Virus record (IMG/VR): IMGVR_UViG_3300046786_000888
Span: 1 to 64,000 of that record
DNA: 64,000 bases
From: a virus
Lineage: Duplodnaviria; Caudoviricetes
Strand: one strand, 5' to 3'
The notes under the pieces were generated by a model that saw only the letters and a program-made list of their open reading frames with translations, had not been told where the DNA came from and did no database searches. This document shows, in pieces, positions 9,189 through 18,417 of this stretch; positions within the stretch are counted from its first letter, which is position 1, and each line of letters starts with the position of its first letter. The position numbers and the translations under genes were made by a program.

Positions 9189-9205
9189 TTAGTGAGGTGG
9201 ACTAA
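9189..9205 (-). repeat. Junction site S2 (TTAGT-CCACCTC-ACTAA, perfect inverted arms)
   Basis: Contains the TAG stop of 9202..9546; next ATG 5 nt downstream. Confidence 0.75.
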
Positions 9206-9546
9206 GAGGTTGCGTAAGCAAACAAGTTGTTTACAACATCTTCAGATGTGTGGCCATTCCACTCCAGTGCTTTTTCTGCTACCTGCATTCCGGTTTTTGC
9301 AGCAGTGTCCCACAGGCTTGCGGGGAGGTGGTAACTGATTTGGCCTCCCGTCGGAAGTTCCCCGATAACGATAAACCATTCGTAGCTACCAAAACACAAT
9401 TTGCCGTCAGAATGGCATCGGCTCATCACGAAGCATTCAGGCATGGTGCTTACGAAAGCAAGAAACAGTGCGTGGCGGTGTTCGTACAGTTCAGCAAAGG
9501 TGTGGTAGCCGTCGCTGATTTGTGATCTGTCTTCCATTGGGGTCAT
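9202..9546 (-). CDS. Conserved phage protein (SDGYHTF...WxGH motif family)
   Basis: QISDGYHTFAELYEHRHALF, QISYHLP and WNGHT motifs. Confidence 0.7.
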   Translation of the reverse strand: MTPMEDRSQISDGYHTFAELYEHRHALFLAFVSTMPECFVMSRCHSDGKLCFGSYEWFIVIGELPTGGQISYHLPASLWDTAAKTGMQVAEKALEWNGHTSEDVVNNLFAYATS

Positions 9547-9562
9547 TAGTGATGTTGCCTAA
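9546..9562 (-). repeat. Junction site S3 (TTAGG-CAACATC-ACTAA)
   Basis: Contains the TAG stop of 9559..9906 and overlaps the ATG at 9546. Confidence 0.7.
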
Positions 9563-9906
9563 GAGGGCAGGGATTCAATAGCTCGACGAAGATCCGCGAT
9601 GATCTCAGGTAGGTAATGGCCATCGCGCTCCATGACCTCCAAGTGCTTCAGGTTCAGCTCCTTCAAGCTCGGCGGCTTGGGGCGGCGGGCGGCGCGAAGT
9701 TTGGTGCCATGCCCCCAGCCAGTACCAAGTTCACAATTCAGCCACTCACAGCACGCCTCCAGCTCCTGGTCAGCACCCCAATGGGCGGCTTGCATACATA
9801 GATGCTGCTCACGGTTCATGTGTTTTACTTTTGCTTTGTACCATTCATCCGACCATTGCAGAACAAGGCCTTCAGAAGGCGGAGTAATTGGGTGTTCTTG
9901 GGTCAT
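9559..9906 (-). CDS. HPITPP-family accessory protein (paralog 1)
   Basis: MTQEHPITPP...WGADQELEACCEWL...RAARRPKPPSLKE, shared with 60602..60946 and 61145..61537. Confidence 0.75.
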   Translation of the reverse strand: MTQEHPITPPSEGLVLQWSDEWYKAKVKHMNREQHLCMQAAHWGADQELEACCEWLNCELGTGWGHGTKLRAARRPKPPSLKELNLKHLEVMERDGHYLPEIIADLRRAIESLPS

Positions 9907-9955
9907 TGTTGAAACTTGTGATGTGTGTGTATCTAATGTAATAAAGCTATGTAAT

Positions 9956-10663
9956 TCAGAGGATTTCTAAGTTCTCAATGACCCGCCAACCTTCAACAGC
10001 AGGATTGTCAGACGCAAGCACAGCTTTCACTGTAGTAGGCACGTAAGCGGACAAAATACGTCCAATATCGTGCGCAATATACTTGTGCTCCTTTTGGGTA
10101 CCATTAGCGCCGCGCAGACCAACGTAAAAAATCCAATCCCTTAAAGTGCCCTGCATGTGTAACCGCGTAGGTGTACACATCGGAAGAATATTTCGAGCGC
10201 ACTCGCGAGCCACGCCGGACTCTAACAACGTATGGTACAGATCTTCAATCTCAAGAAAGACTTCTTTAACACGCTTTTTTAAAACTTCTTTAACAGTCTC
10301 GTCGGCAAACTCAAGACTATTTTGCCGATCTTTGAAATCCTGAGCCCGAAGTTCAAAGTCCCAACAGCCGTCCCAGGCGTCATCAAGAATTTTATCAGGA
10401 TTGCAGTAACGTTGCGACAATTCTTGATAATGAAAAGCTCTATGACGAATAATTTGCGCCGAAATAGCGCGACTTGTTATAATCTCAAACGAAGCACAAA
10501 CCTGTTCGAAGATACTCCAATGCCCCTGATTAATACAAAAAGTCAGGAGCTTCTGGAACTCCGCTTTATCAGGATTTTTGGTGCTGGCTCGGGCGTGTCG
10601 GGCGACAACCTTCTCAGGGCTGTCGGTAATCCAATCGAGCTTAGCGTTGTGCAAACGATTCAC
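9956..10663 (-). CDS. thyX: Flavin-dependent thymidylate synthase
   Basis: HWSIFEQ; QIIRHRAFHYQELSQRY; ARNILP; RGANGTQKEH. Confidence 0.9.
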   Translation of the reverse strand: MNRLHNAKLDWITDSPEKVVARHARASTKNPDKAEFQKLLTFCINQGHWSIFEQVCASFEIITSRAISAQIIRHRAFHYQELSQRYCNPDKILDDAWDGCWDFELRAQDFKDRQNSLEFADETVKEVLKKRVKEVFLEIEDLYHTLLESGVARECARNILPMCTPTRLHMQGTLRDWIFYVGLRGANGTQKEHKYIAHDIGRILSAYVPTTVKAVLASDNPAVEGWRVIENLEIL

Positions 10664-10816
10664 CGGCAGGCTGCTGGGTCGTAGGTACTATACCGATTGC
10701 GGACGCCACGCGCTCCACAATGCCTGGATTTTCCTTGATGACTTGACCCGCCCAACGATCCCCGTACTGAGGGATCGCCGAAGGATTAATGTTGATCAGA
10801 GAACCTGCGAAGCGAT

Positions 10817-10948
10817 TCATGTCCTAGGGAACGTTTGTTGATACCGGAGACGTGCGGTAACGTCGGAAGGGGTTAAGCCGGCCAGTCGAGGGGCATCCAA
10901 GCCTAAACGCTGGCCTGCCATCCGAAGGGGAAAGTTGGTGTCCCTCAT
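10817..10948 (-). CDS. Small hypothetical protein (43 aa)
   Basis: ATGA-coupled to the upstream gene at 10945-10948; reads MRDTNFPLRMAGQRLGL. Confidence 0.45.
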   Translation of the reverse strand: MRDTNFPLRMAGQRLGLDAPRLAGLTPSDVTARLRYQQTFPRT

Positions 10949-11436
10949 TTCCGCGAATCCTTTTTGAGCTTAGCTAATGCGAGCAGGTTGTTCATGGTGT
11001 TGCTGCTCTGATAAGGATATTCGTCGGAAAACGACGGCGTATTTAGCATCGTTTGCTTAGGTACAGAAATAAGTTGCTGCATGACCATGCGATTCTTAGG
11101 ATTATTTTCGCTCAACGACAACATGTATTCTGCCTGACTCATATCGTCAGGAGAGTCAGGAATAGGAATATTGCGCTGGTTATATCCTGCAGGTCCTGTG
11201 AGCGCAGTAGACTTCTTGATATTTCCTTCGCCATATTCGACAGGTCCTACAGGAGGACGACTGTAAATCCCGCGATCATGTGCGAACTGGGACGACACGC
11301 GATTCATGTCGTCGAGCTGAGCCACGCGGCGAACGCCTGGCATTGGGGGCTGGTTCAACATGCCGAAAGTCGGCATCGCTAACCGAGGAGCGGCCTCAGG
11401 GGCCTTACCCGTGTCGGAGCCAGGAACGATCGGCAT
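10945..11436 (-). CDS. Pro-rich hypothetical (possibly virion) protein
   Basis: 163-aa ORF coupled with its neighbours in the late block. Confidence 0.6.
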   Translation of the reverse strand: MPIVPGSDTGKAPEAAPRLAMPTFGMLNQPPMPGVRRVAQLDDMNRVSSQFAHDRGIYSRPPVGPVEYGEGNIKKSTALTGPAGYNQRNIPIPDSPDDMSQAEYMLSLSENNPKNRMVMQQLISVPKQTMLNTPSFSDEYPYQSSNTMNNLLALAKLKKDSRK

Positions 11437-11669
11437 TACTCTTTATCCCCTCGGTTGGCACTTCTAGATCGTACTCTTATGTTAGCGGAGGAATTGTTGT
11501 GAGGGTTTCCATCTTTATGATCGACGTCCTTATTATCTCCTTTATGGACCCGACCTTGCCGTTCAAGGTGACGTCGGGCCTTATTTCGCGCCGCTCGCCG
11601 CTTCTTTTGTTCCTCAGTGCCATGATATTCGCGATACTCTTTATCGTAATCTCGGCTCATGGGGCGCAC
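11436..11669 (-). CDS. Small basic HNH-motif protein
   Basis: RDYDKEY...DVDHKDGNPHNNSSANIRVRSRSANR. Confidence 0.75.
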   Translation of the reverse strand: MRPMSRDYDKEYREYHGTEEQKKRRAARNKARRHLERQGRVHKGDNKDVDHKDGNPHNNSSANIRVRSRSANRGDKE

Positions 11670-11673
11670 TAAG

Positions 11674-11916
11674 CTAAGACCATTTTAACCTATCTTTTAA
11701 AACTTCAAACATGTGCGGATAGTTGTTGTACAAATCGTGCAACAACCCATTAGCTAAATCGTCGATAAACCGCTGGTACAGCCCGGTGTACAAACCATCT
11801 GTGCACTTATAGAACTCATAAAGCCACTCAAGAAAGTCGGCTCGATCCTGTTCAGCGTTCGCGTCCCAGTTGGCGAGGAGATCTTCGTACTTATCGGACT
11901 TGGCCACGCGGGTCAA
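11674..11916 (-). CDS. Hypothetical protein
   Basis: 80-aa ORF in the operon. Confidence 0.55.
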   Translation of the reverse strand: MTRVAKSDKYEDLLANWDANAEQDRADFLEWLYEFYKCTDGLYTGLYQRFIDDLANGLLHDLYNNYPHMFEVLKDRLKWS

Positions 11917-11932
11917 AACTCGGTCTTTCAGT

Positions 11933-12205
11933 TTACGCGGTCAGCAGGCGCACTTCAATGCCTGTAACGGTCTGTGATTCGGGATCGTCCAACAACTCTT
12001 TCTTATCGAAAACTCGGGCAAGCTCCATGGTTACTTCCATGTACGCCCCGGTTAACAGACTCTCGCGATATGCCTGTAACTTAGCCATCTCGCGGGTTTC
12101 TAAGTCCCCCAGAATGTTGTTCTCTTCGTGGTCAAAACAGAATGTCTTCGCCATGACGCGTTCGTTTGCGCATCGAGCGATGTTGTTCCAGTCTTCGGAG
12201 TTCAT
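11933..12205 (-). CDS. Hypothetical protein
   Basis: 90-aa ORF in the operon. Confidence 0.55.
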   Translation of the reverse strand: MNSEDWNNIARCANERVMAKTFCFDHEENNILGDLETREMAKLQAYRESLLTGAYMEVTMELARVFDKKELLDDPESQTVTGIEVRLLTA

Positions 12206-12237
12206 ATCTAAAAAGCTTTGGTGTTACGCTAGCTGAG

Positions 12238-12299
12238 TTAAAAGCCCCGGCGGAGCTACCGACTCCCCGAGGCGCGATCAACCTGTATGGAGCAGGCCG
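12238..12299 (+). promoter_or_regulatory. Two-hairpin leader of HNH-AP2 gene (copy 1)
   Basis: GCCCCGG-C-GGAG-loop-CTCC-CCGAGGC then CCTG-loop-CAGG just before the ATG; homologous to 22014..22073. Confidence 0.55.
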
Positions 12300-12920
12300 A
12301 TGCCTAAGTATAGACCTATGCCGCCGCTTGAGCGGTTGAATGAGCTGTTTGAGGTTGTTGAGATTCCAGAGGATAAATTTGGCAAGTGGTCTGGGTTGGT
12401 TTGGAAAGTGAGGCGAGGGGGTAAAGCGAACGCCGGGAGTGTGGCCGGGACGCCGAGCCCCCACTCAGGCGACCAAGATCGGGTTGATTGGAGGGTGAAG
12501 GTTGACGGTGCCGACTACCTTGCATCAAGAGTAATTTATTACATGGCTTATAGAGAAGATCCTGGTGATGTTACGGTTGATCATGAGGATCAAAATTGGT
12601 TGAATAACAACGCAGGGAATCTGAGGTTAGATGTTGATGGTGATATTCAAGATGTCAATAAACCGATGTACCGCAACAACACCAGCGGCGTGGTGGGGGT
12701 GTATTGGAACAAAGCAACGGGGAAGTGGCACGCGCAGGTGCGGTTTAAGGGTAAAGATATTTACCTCGGCCTTTATGCCTGCAAAATCGAAGCTGCCTGC
12801 GTGGTAAACGAGAAATGGATCAAACTCGGCTGGGATAAGCTAGGCCGCAAGCTTAACGACCTTAATCAGATCCGCTGCGACTGTGGCAAATGCTCAGCTA
12901 GCGATGATGGCCCAACCTGA
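12300..12920 (+). CDS. HNH homing endonuclease with AP2-like domain (antisense insertion)
   Basis: VTVDHEDQNWLNNNAGNLRL; NNTSGVVGVYWNKATGKWHAQV...YLG. Confidence 0.85.
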   Translation: MPKYRPMPPLERLNELFEVVEIPEDKFGKWSGLVWKVRRGGKANAGSVAGTPSPHSGDQDRVDWRVKVDGADYLASRVIYYMAYREDPGDVTVDHEDQNWLNNNAGNLRLDVDGDIQDVNKPMYRNNTSGVVGVYWNKATGKWHAQVRFKGKDIYLGLYACKIEAACVVNEKWIKLGWDKLGRKLNDLNQIRCDCGKCSASDDGPT

Positions 12921-14126
12921 AATCGGGCCTTCCACAAGCCACCGGGGGCCTAGGTTTTTTTTCGAGTATAATTTGTACCTACCGTCTGTGTTTATATAAC
13001 TACCCGATAGTAAATCTAAATTTCCATAAGGGTCGTGCACCCATAACTTACTTTTGTCAGCTGTAATCCCTACGCAGCACACCCAATGTCCGCCGCCGCT
13101 AGGATTCGACACAGGCCCCTTGTGCAAGATCCCCATAGGCACAGGGATGCCTTTCTTCAGCTGCGATTCCACTGTTTCCCAGTCAGCATTCTGCACGAAT
13201 TTGGCCTCTACACCAAAATGCCGAAGCGTCTGAATTTGTGCTGAAGCTTCTGTTGTATCACCGTATTTATAAACCTCTCCGATGTATTCGTCATCCCCCT
13301 CAATCGCATCAGGATCAAGGGTTGCTAAGAGCATCGCACAGCTCGATGAGAAACACGTGCGCAGCGGGTCCTTGGCGTTATCCCGCTGAGAGAAATACGG
13401 CACAACCAGTTTGACTTCACCGTCTAACTTCGGCGGTGTCTCCTGCGTCTCTGCGTCATTGATGATCTTGAAGTGCTCTGGCCAGAACCACCATTCAGCA
13501 TCCGGTCGAGCCTGGAGCACAACACGCTGATGGCGCTCGCCGGGATACTGACAGATCTCAGTCCACTCCCACGCGCTGCCCTTCGGTACGTAAAGCTTCT
13601 CCTCAGCCGCCAGCTCCGAACTTTGAACCGGACGCCGCTTCAGCCAGGTGTCCTGCTTGGCGTAGATCGATGCGGCCAACTGAGGGTGTTTAGGCTTCAG
13701 CAAGAATAAAGCCTGTTCAGCTTTCCGGCGCCTTGTTAACCCTTCGACAACTTGAGTGCCGACTTTGTTCCAACGAAGAAACTCAGATGCGACAACTGCA
13801 CGATCTGCATTGGCGTTCAACAGCCGAAGCAGCGTGCTTGTTTGGAGGGCGTTTAGACCAACGTTGTAGCTAAACGAAACCAGAGCGTCAAACTCGTTCT
13901 GGTTAATCGCAACCTTGACTAAGTTTGAGACGCCACGTTCGAACGCTGCCACGTCGGCACGCAGGAGATCCTCAGCTTCAGCCTTGGTGACCTCCATGCC
14001 GAGCTTGATATCTGGTCCGGTCGTGCCGTACCCGATCGTGGGCACGCCGCCAATGTCGGAATACGCCTTAAGGCGCAGACCCTCGAACTCCTTGATCAGG
14101 TCGAGACCTGTTTGAGATAGTCTCAC
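12894..14126 (-). CDS. Endolysin: GH24 lysozyme plus C39-like peptidase domain
   Basis: IKEFEGLRLKAYSDIGGVPTIGYG; GLTRRRKAEQALF; VPYFSQRDN...CFSSSCAM; GGHW; HDPYG. Confidence 0.85.
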   Translation of the reverse strand: MRLSQTGLDLIKEFEGLRLKAYSDIGGVPTIGYGTTGPDIKLGMEVTKAEAEDLLRADVAAFERGVSNLVKVAINQNEFDALVSFSYNVGLNALQTSTLLRLLNANADRAVVASEFLRWNKVGTQVVEGLTRRRKAEQALFLLKPKHPQLAASIYAKQDTWLKRRPVQSSELAAEEKLYVPKGSAWEWTEICQYPGERHQRVVLQARPDAEWWFWPEHFKIINDAETQETPPKLDGEVKLVVPYFSQRDNAKDPLRTCFSSSCAMLLATLDPDAIEGDDEYIGEVYKYGDTTEASAQIQTLRHFGVEAKFVQNADWETVESQLKKGIPVPMGILHKGPVSNPSGGGHWVCCVGITADKSKLWVHDPYGNLDLLSGSYINTDGRYKLYSKKNLGPRWLVEGPISGWAIIAS

Positions 14127-14563
14127 TGGTCAAGGATGTCGACGTCGATTCGATACTCAGCAGAGTTACGGCCTCCGGTTTGAATGTACATGTAGTACGT
14201 ACCGGACGTTCCAATTCGCTGGGTCGTTACCGAATTATTGCGACGGCTGAGCTTCGAAGGCTCGGCGGTCATAACTTCGCTACCTGCCGCGTCAAGTACG
14301 ATGACGCTACGCAGACTGTTTTGATCGCGGATATTAACTTGCATCACACCAGTTGCCGTGGCTTGGAACTGGTAATAGTCGCTAATTCCGTACTTGCCGT
14401 CAGCAGTATCGTACTTGGCGCTAGCGGTGTTAATCACCACGCCGCTAGCATTGACTGTCCGGCGCTGCTGGAAGTTAGTTGACTCGCTGCGCTGCTGGCC
14501 GGGGAACGCCACGCCCGAGGCCAGAACGGCGTTGAGTTCGAGGTCGCGGGTGAGTTCGGACAT
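14123..14563 (-). CDS. Beta-sandwich (PPC-like) protein, probably structural
   Basis: DYYQFQATATG...SGTYYMYI...YRIDV. Confidence 0.5.
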   Translation of the reverse strand: MSELTRDLELNAVLASGVAFPGQQRSESTNFQQRRTVNASGVVINTASAKYDTADGKYGISDYYQFQATATGVMQVNIRDQNSLRSVIVLDAAGSEVMTAEPSKLSRRNNSVTTQRIGTSGTYYMYIQTGGRNSAEYRIDVDILDQ

Positions 14564-14751
14564 GTATAAGTACCGGCAGTAATTAAATTATAGATCGAAG
14601 ATAAGCAGACGCGGTTTAAATATTAGCTCCCGTCAGCTCATCGGTCGCGGCAGGAGGCAAGAAAGCAATTAGCTCGAAAATTTTAACCGCGAATACCAAC
14701 AGTACCTCTTTAGTGAAATTGCGAAATATCAAGTACACCTAGATGAGGTAG

Positions 14752-16344
14752 TTATGTAATCAATCCATAGTTCTTCCATGTCCCAGGGGTGCCTGCAGCA
14801 ACACATACTGATCCGTAATACCCGGCAGAAGCCGGTACAGGATTCAATGTGAAAGAGCCTTGCGCCCAATTACCGGTGGTAGGAAATCCGCCACTGGTAA
14901 ACGTAACGTTTTTACACACAAGATTTCCAGTAACGGAAACAAATTCCCACAGGGTTGCTTCTGTAGTAGCAGTGTGGTCGGGTGAGTCGAGTACTACATC
15001 AGAATTTACACCTTCAAACGAATAATGACTTGTCACTATAGTACGAGTTACGTTGTTGATAAGTCGCGCCGTAACAATATCAAACAGTTTAATTGCACGA
15101 CTAGAGCCAACCGAACCGTCGCCAATTATAGTGTTTCCAGAAACAATCAAGTTATTTAACGATGCAAATATCAAACCATACGCCCGAATCTCCCTAATTG
15201 TGTTGTTTCTAACGGATACACTATTGCCACGGGGGGTGCTATCGAAACCTTGCACTTCAATGCCGTACAGAACCGTAGAAATCTGATTGCTCTCAATTTG
15301 CACATCTCTCATTGGAGTGTCAATGTCAGCGCGCACTCGGATTCCATACGCAGATTGAGTGGCTCCATAAGGGTCGTTGTAGCGGCTAATTCTATTGTTG
15401 GAGATAATGAGCCTGTTAATTTGCTGACCACTAGTGTTTGTAGTCACCCCAATGCCAACTCCATTAGGAGAGTCACTCATGGTATAGCACTGGTTTGCAT
15501 CAATAACTATGTCATCGAAACCGTTTTCTACAACGATCGCATCGCGTCCGTATGAAATGTTGTTAGCAATAGTAACTGTACTACCGGTGACAGCAGCACC
15601 GCCGCCGACATCTATTGCCGGTGTGCCAGGCAAAAAGAGAGAGTTATTAGTTATCAAAACATTCCTGCTTTGAGGGAACGTAACTTCGCTTCCCAGGTAA
15701 GCATTATTTTGGCTGAACTCTAGATAGTTGCAAAGGATTCCGGTAAAGGATACGAAGTTTCGGTTAAATCTACATCCATTAATTCTAGACGGTTTGTCGG
15801 CATCAAACGAAATGGTGCCAGCGATGTACAAAGCATCACCAAGGTTATTAAAGTTACAATTAAGAACTGTGCTGCCATGAATCAAACTAAGCCCACCATT
15901 AAAAGCTCTGTAGTTGTAGGAGATTGTTCCTCCATGCCAACTTTCGGTTTGAGTTGCATCAGTATTTATGCCTTGAAATACAATGCCTTCAATGGATACA
16001 GGTATTGAGTTTGTCGCAAAATCAAAAGCGTACTTTAAGGTTCCTGTTGTAATGTCAACGTTAATAGTCACTCCTTCGCCAGCGACCCTTTTCAAGCTTG
16101 CCGACGTGACGACACAGCTAGATCGAACTAAGTAAGTACCTGCAGGGAAAAATACATATCCAGCCCCACTATTAAACGCCGTTTGTATAGCACTAGAGCT
16201 ATCAACTACCCCGGTAGAATCCGCACCAAAATCCTTAACACTTACAACATCCCTTAACTTATCATCAACAGTCCGCTCAACCGCACCAGCACCCGAAGCA
16301 TTAAAAGCTTCACCGGGAACCGTAATAAAATTGCGGGCGACCAT
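14752..16344 (-). CDS. Tailspike with pectate-lyase-like beta-helix (putative depolymerase)
   Basis: ERTVDDKLRDVVSVKDFGADSTGVVDSSSAIQTAF head; many IxNN/IxGN beta-helix turns. Confidence 0.85.
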   Translation of the reverse strand: MVARNFITVPGEAFNASGAGAVERTVDDKLRDVVSVKDFGADSTGVVDSSSAIQTAFNSGAGYVFFPAGTYLVRSSCVVTSASLKRVAGEGVTINVDITTGTLKYAFDFATNSIPVSIEGIVFQGINTDATQTESWHGGTISYNYRAFNGGLSLIHGSTVLNCNFNNLGDALYIAGTISFDADKPSRINGCRFNRNFVSFTGILCNYLEFSQNNAYLGSEVTFPQSRNVLITNNSLFLPGTPAIDVGGGAAVTGSTVTIANNISYGRDAIVVENGFDDIVIDANQCYTMSDSPNGVGIGVTTNTSGQQINRLIISNNRISRYNDPYGATQSAYGIRVRADIDTPMRDVQIESNQISTVLYGIEVQGFDSTPRGNSVSVRNNTIREIRAYGLIFASLNNLIVSGNTIIGDGSVGSSRAIKLFDIVTARLINNVTRTIVTSHYSFEGVNSDVVLDSPDHTATTEATLWEFVSVTGNLVCKNVTFTSGGFPTTGNWAQGSFTLNPVPASAGYYGSVCVAAGTPGTWKNYGLIT

Positions 16345-16424
16345 GACTAACTACCGTCGTACCTAAATTATACCCGACCAAAAAACCAGTCGCCGTAGAC
16401 TAGAGCAAACCACGGCGCATCAAA

Positions 16425-16733
16425 ATGAACCAGTACAGCATATTGAACGCAGTAATATACGAGTTGCTGATTGGCCTAATAGAAATCTGGCCGAAGCTAA
16501 AGCTAAACCCGTGGGTTCGTGCGGCACTAAATTGGTGCCGGCATGACTGGGTCAAGTGGCGTACAGAACAGACCCTGAAGGATGTGGACAGGCAGGCCCA
16601 GGAAATTGTAAAAGAGTGGGAGGCGCAGAAAAAACCCAAGTACGAAATAATCGAACACAAACCCGATGGGTCGAGAGCTCAGGACTTGTTGGGCGGCGCC
16701 ATGGAAATCAAATCGACCTGGCGTAGGGACTGA
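16425..16733 (+). CDS. Hypothetical protein
   Basis: 102-aa ORF with hydrophobic N-terminus. Confidence 0.55.
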   Translation: MNQYSILNAVIYELLIGLIEIWPKLKLNPWVRAALNWCRHDWVKWRTEQTLKDVDRQAQEIVKEWEAQKKPKYEIIEHKPDGSRAQDLLGGAMEIKSTWRRD

Positions 16734-16860
16734 TCCAAACCCCTATCCTCGCCCCTGCAAGGCTGCGGTGCGCCAAAACACATAACTTCCCTACCGCACC
16801 CCGCGCACACCTAAATGTAAGCTTCCAGTCCTAAACTATAAATAACCCGCCCAGATTCTT

Positions 16861-17049
16861 ATGTCTGCCGCAATCGCCTTTTTAGCTGCCCACTGGGTCG
16901 ACATCGTCGCTATTGGCGCCGCACTTCATGCTTTAGCACTCGTTATCGTCAACACCACTCCTACCCCTAAAGATAACGAACTGTACGGCAAGTTCTACAA
17001 AGTCATCGAAGTGATTGCCGGTATCGTAACCAAAATCGCTAAGAAGTGA
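16861..17049 (+). CDS. Holin-like small membrane protein
   Basis: Hydrophobic segments around TPTPKDN; basic C-terminus. Confidence 0.55.
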   Translation: MSAAIAFLAAHWVDIVAIGAALHALALVIVNTTPTPKDNELYGKFYKVIEVIAGIVTKIAKK

Positions 17050-17051
17050 TT

Positions 17052-17339
17052 TCAGAAAGGTCGGTTAGATTCCTCTATCTCACTGACCTTCTGTACAAAT
17101 CCCTCCCTTAAAGTACGCAACTCGGACATCACGAGTGCGTCTAACTTATTTTCAAATCTGCACAGCGCCTTGTCGACCTTGTCGAACGCTGTGTTCATAT
17201 CATTTTTTGTTGCAAACTCTTCCGCCAATCGAATTTCGATGCGATCCACGCGGTCGTTAACGTCTGAAAATCTCTTCCAAGTTAAACCCGCGCCACTAAG
17301 CAACGTAGAGACGAGTAACGTCAATAGCCATTCGGGCAT
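17052..17339 (-). CDS. TM plus coiled-coil protein (holin/XhlA-like)
   Basis: N-terminal TM segment, then RIEIRLAEEFATKND...RFENKLDAL. Confidence 0.5.
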   Translation of the reverse strand: MPEWLLTLLVSTLLSGAGLTWKRFSDVNDRVDRIEIRLAEEFATKNDMNTAFDKVDKALCRFENKLDALVMSELRTLREGFVQKVSEIEESNRPF

Positions 17340-17375
17340 TGTTCATTAGAGCCTCCGATTCTATTTTATAAGTTT

Positions 17376-17771
17376 TTAGGCAGCTTCGTTTTCCTCGTGT
17401 GGCGGCAATAGCGGCACGGAACACAATTCTTCGTAGTGCTTAGCCGAGTCAGACTCATTGTGATCCCGATTAACCCACTCTAAAATCTTTAATTCACGTT
17501 CATGCCTCCAAAATAACTGTGTCCTATACCATTCACACCATTCAATATTAGACTTTTTCAGATTACAGCAACCACATGACGGTATAAGATTTGCCCTAGT
17601 CGTTGTTCCTCCTTTCGATTTAGGCACAACGTGATCTAATGTTTGGGGGTCTTTTCGTCCGCAATATGCGCACTCGTGTTTCCACGCGGCGAAAATGTCT
17701 TTTCTGAATCTCTTACGTGCTGTAGATCTTGTTAAGCACTGTAGCTCAAAAAGCAAATCATATTCCGTCAC
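17376..17771 (-). CDS. HNH endonuclease (McrA-like Zn type)
   Basis: CAYCG...TLDHVVPKSKGG...NLIPSCGCCNLKKS. Confidence 0.85.
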   Translation of the reverse strand: MTEYDLLFELQCLTRSTARKRFRKDIFAAWKHECAYCGRKDPQTLDHVVPKSKGGTTTRANLIPSCGCCNLKKSNIEWCEWYRTQLFWRHERELKILEWVNRDHNESDSAKHYEELCSVPLLPPHEENEAA

Positions 17772-17840
17772 ACTGCAGGTGCGGACTAGCTACATTCTAG
17801 TGAATCAACACACAGCCTGTGTTAACCGATGCTAAAGAAC

Positions 17841-18353
17841 TCAGCTAACTAAGGGAATCGGGGGCTGAATCTCAATTTCGAGCTCAGACGTACTAATAGC
17901 GCGGCCGACACGAACCGACGCACCATACTGATTTAGGCCCGAAGCACTGATGATGCCGGACCCGGTCGAATACGGTGTGATCTGTCCCTTGTACTTGGAA
18001 AGAAAGTAGTCGGTGCCGGGTACCAGCTGTGTGCCGCCGGTGATGTTGGCGCCGGTCACAACCACAACGCCGTCCAGATTGACTTCGACCTGCGAACCCG
18101 CCGTGACGGTCTGAGCTGCTGCGCCGATGGGGTAATAGAACGCAGTTGCCACGCCGCTCAGCGCGGTAGCTTTGACCGCCAGGCTGTTACCGCTGGTGTA
18201 AACGATGTCGCCTTGGGTTAAGTTTTCGCCGGCAAATAGGACGTAAGGCGACGTATAACTCGAAGTCGTGCCGCCGCCGTTGACGAGCCAAACCTGGCTA
18301 CCGTTTGAGGTGTAGCTAGTGTAGCTGCGGTTAAAAATATTGCGGGACGTCAC
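17841..18353 (-). CDS. Virion structural protein (beta-clip/decoration-like)
   Basis: AGENLTQGDIVY...GAAAQTVTAGSQVEVNLDG...LVPGTDYFLS; related to 19119..19595. Confidence 0.55.
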   Translation of the reverse strand: MTSRNIFNRSYTSYTSNGSQVWLVNGGGTTSSYTSPYVLFAGENLTQGDIVYTSGNSLAVKATALSGVATAFYYPIGAAAQTVTAGSQVEVNLDGVVVVTGANITGGTQLVPGTDYFLSKYKGQITPYSTGSGIISASGLNQYGASVRVGRAISTSELEIEIQPPIPLVS

Positions 18354-18417
18354 GGCACTAGGTGTTTCTTAAATTATAGACTCAGACAAAACGAGAAGAG
18401 CAAACAAGATCGCTAAG

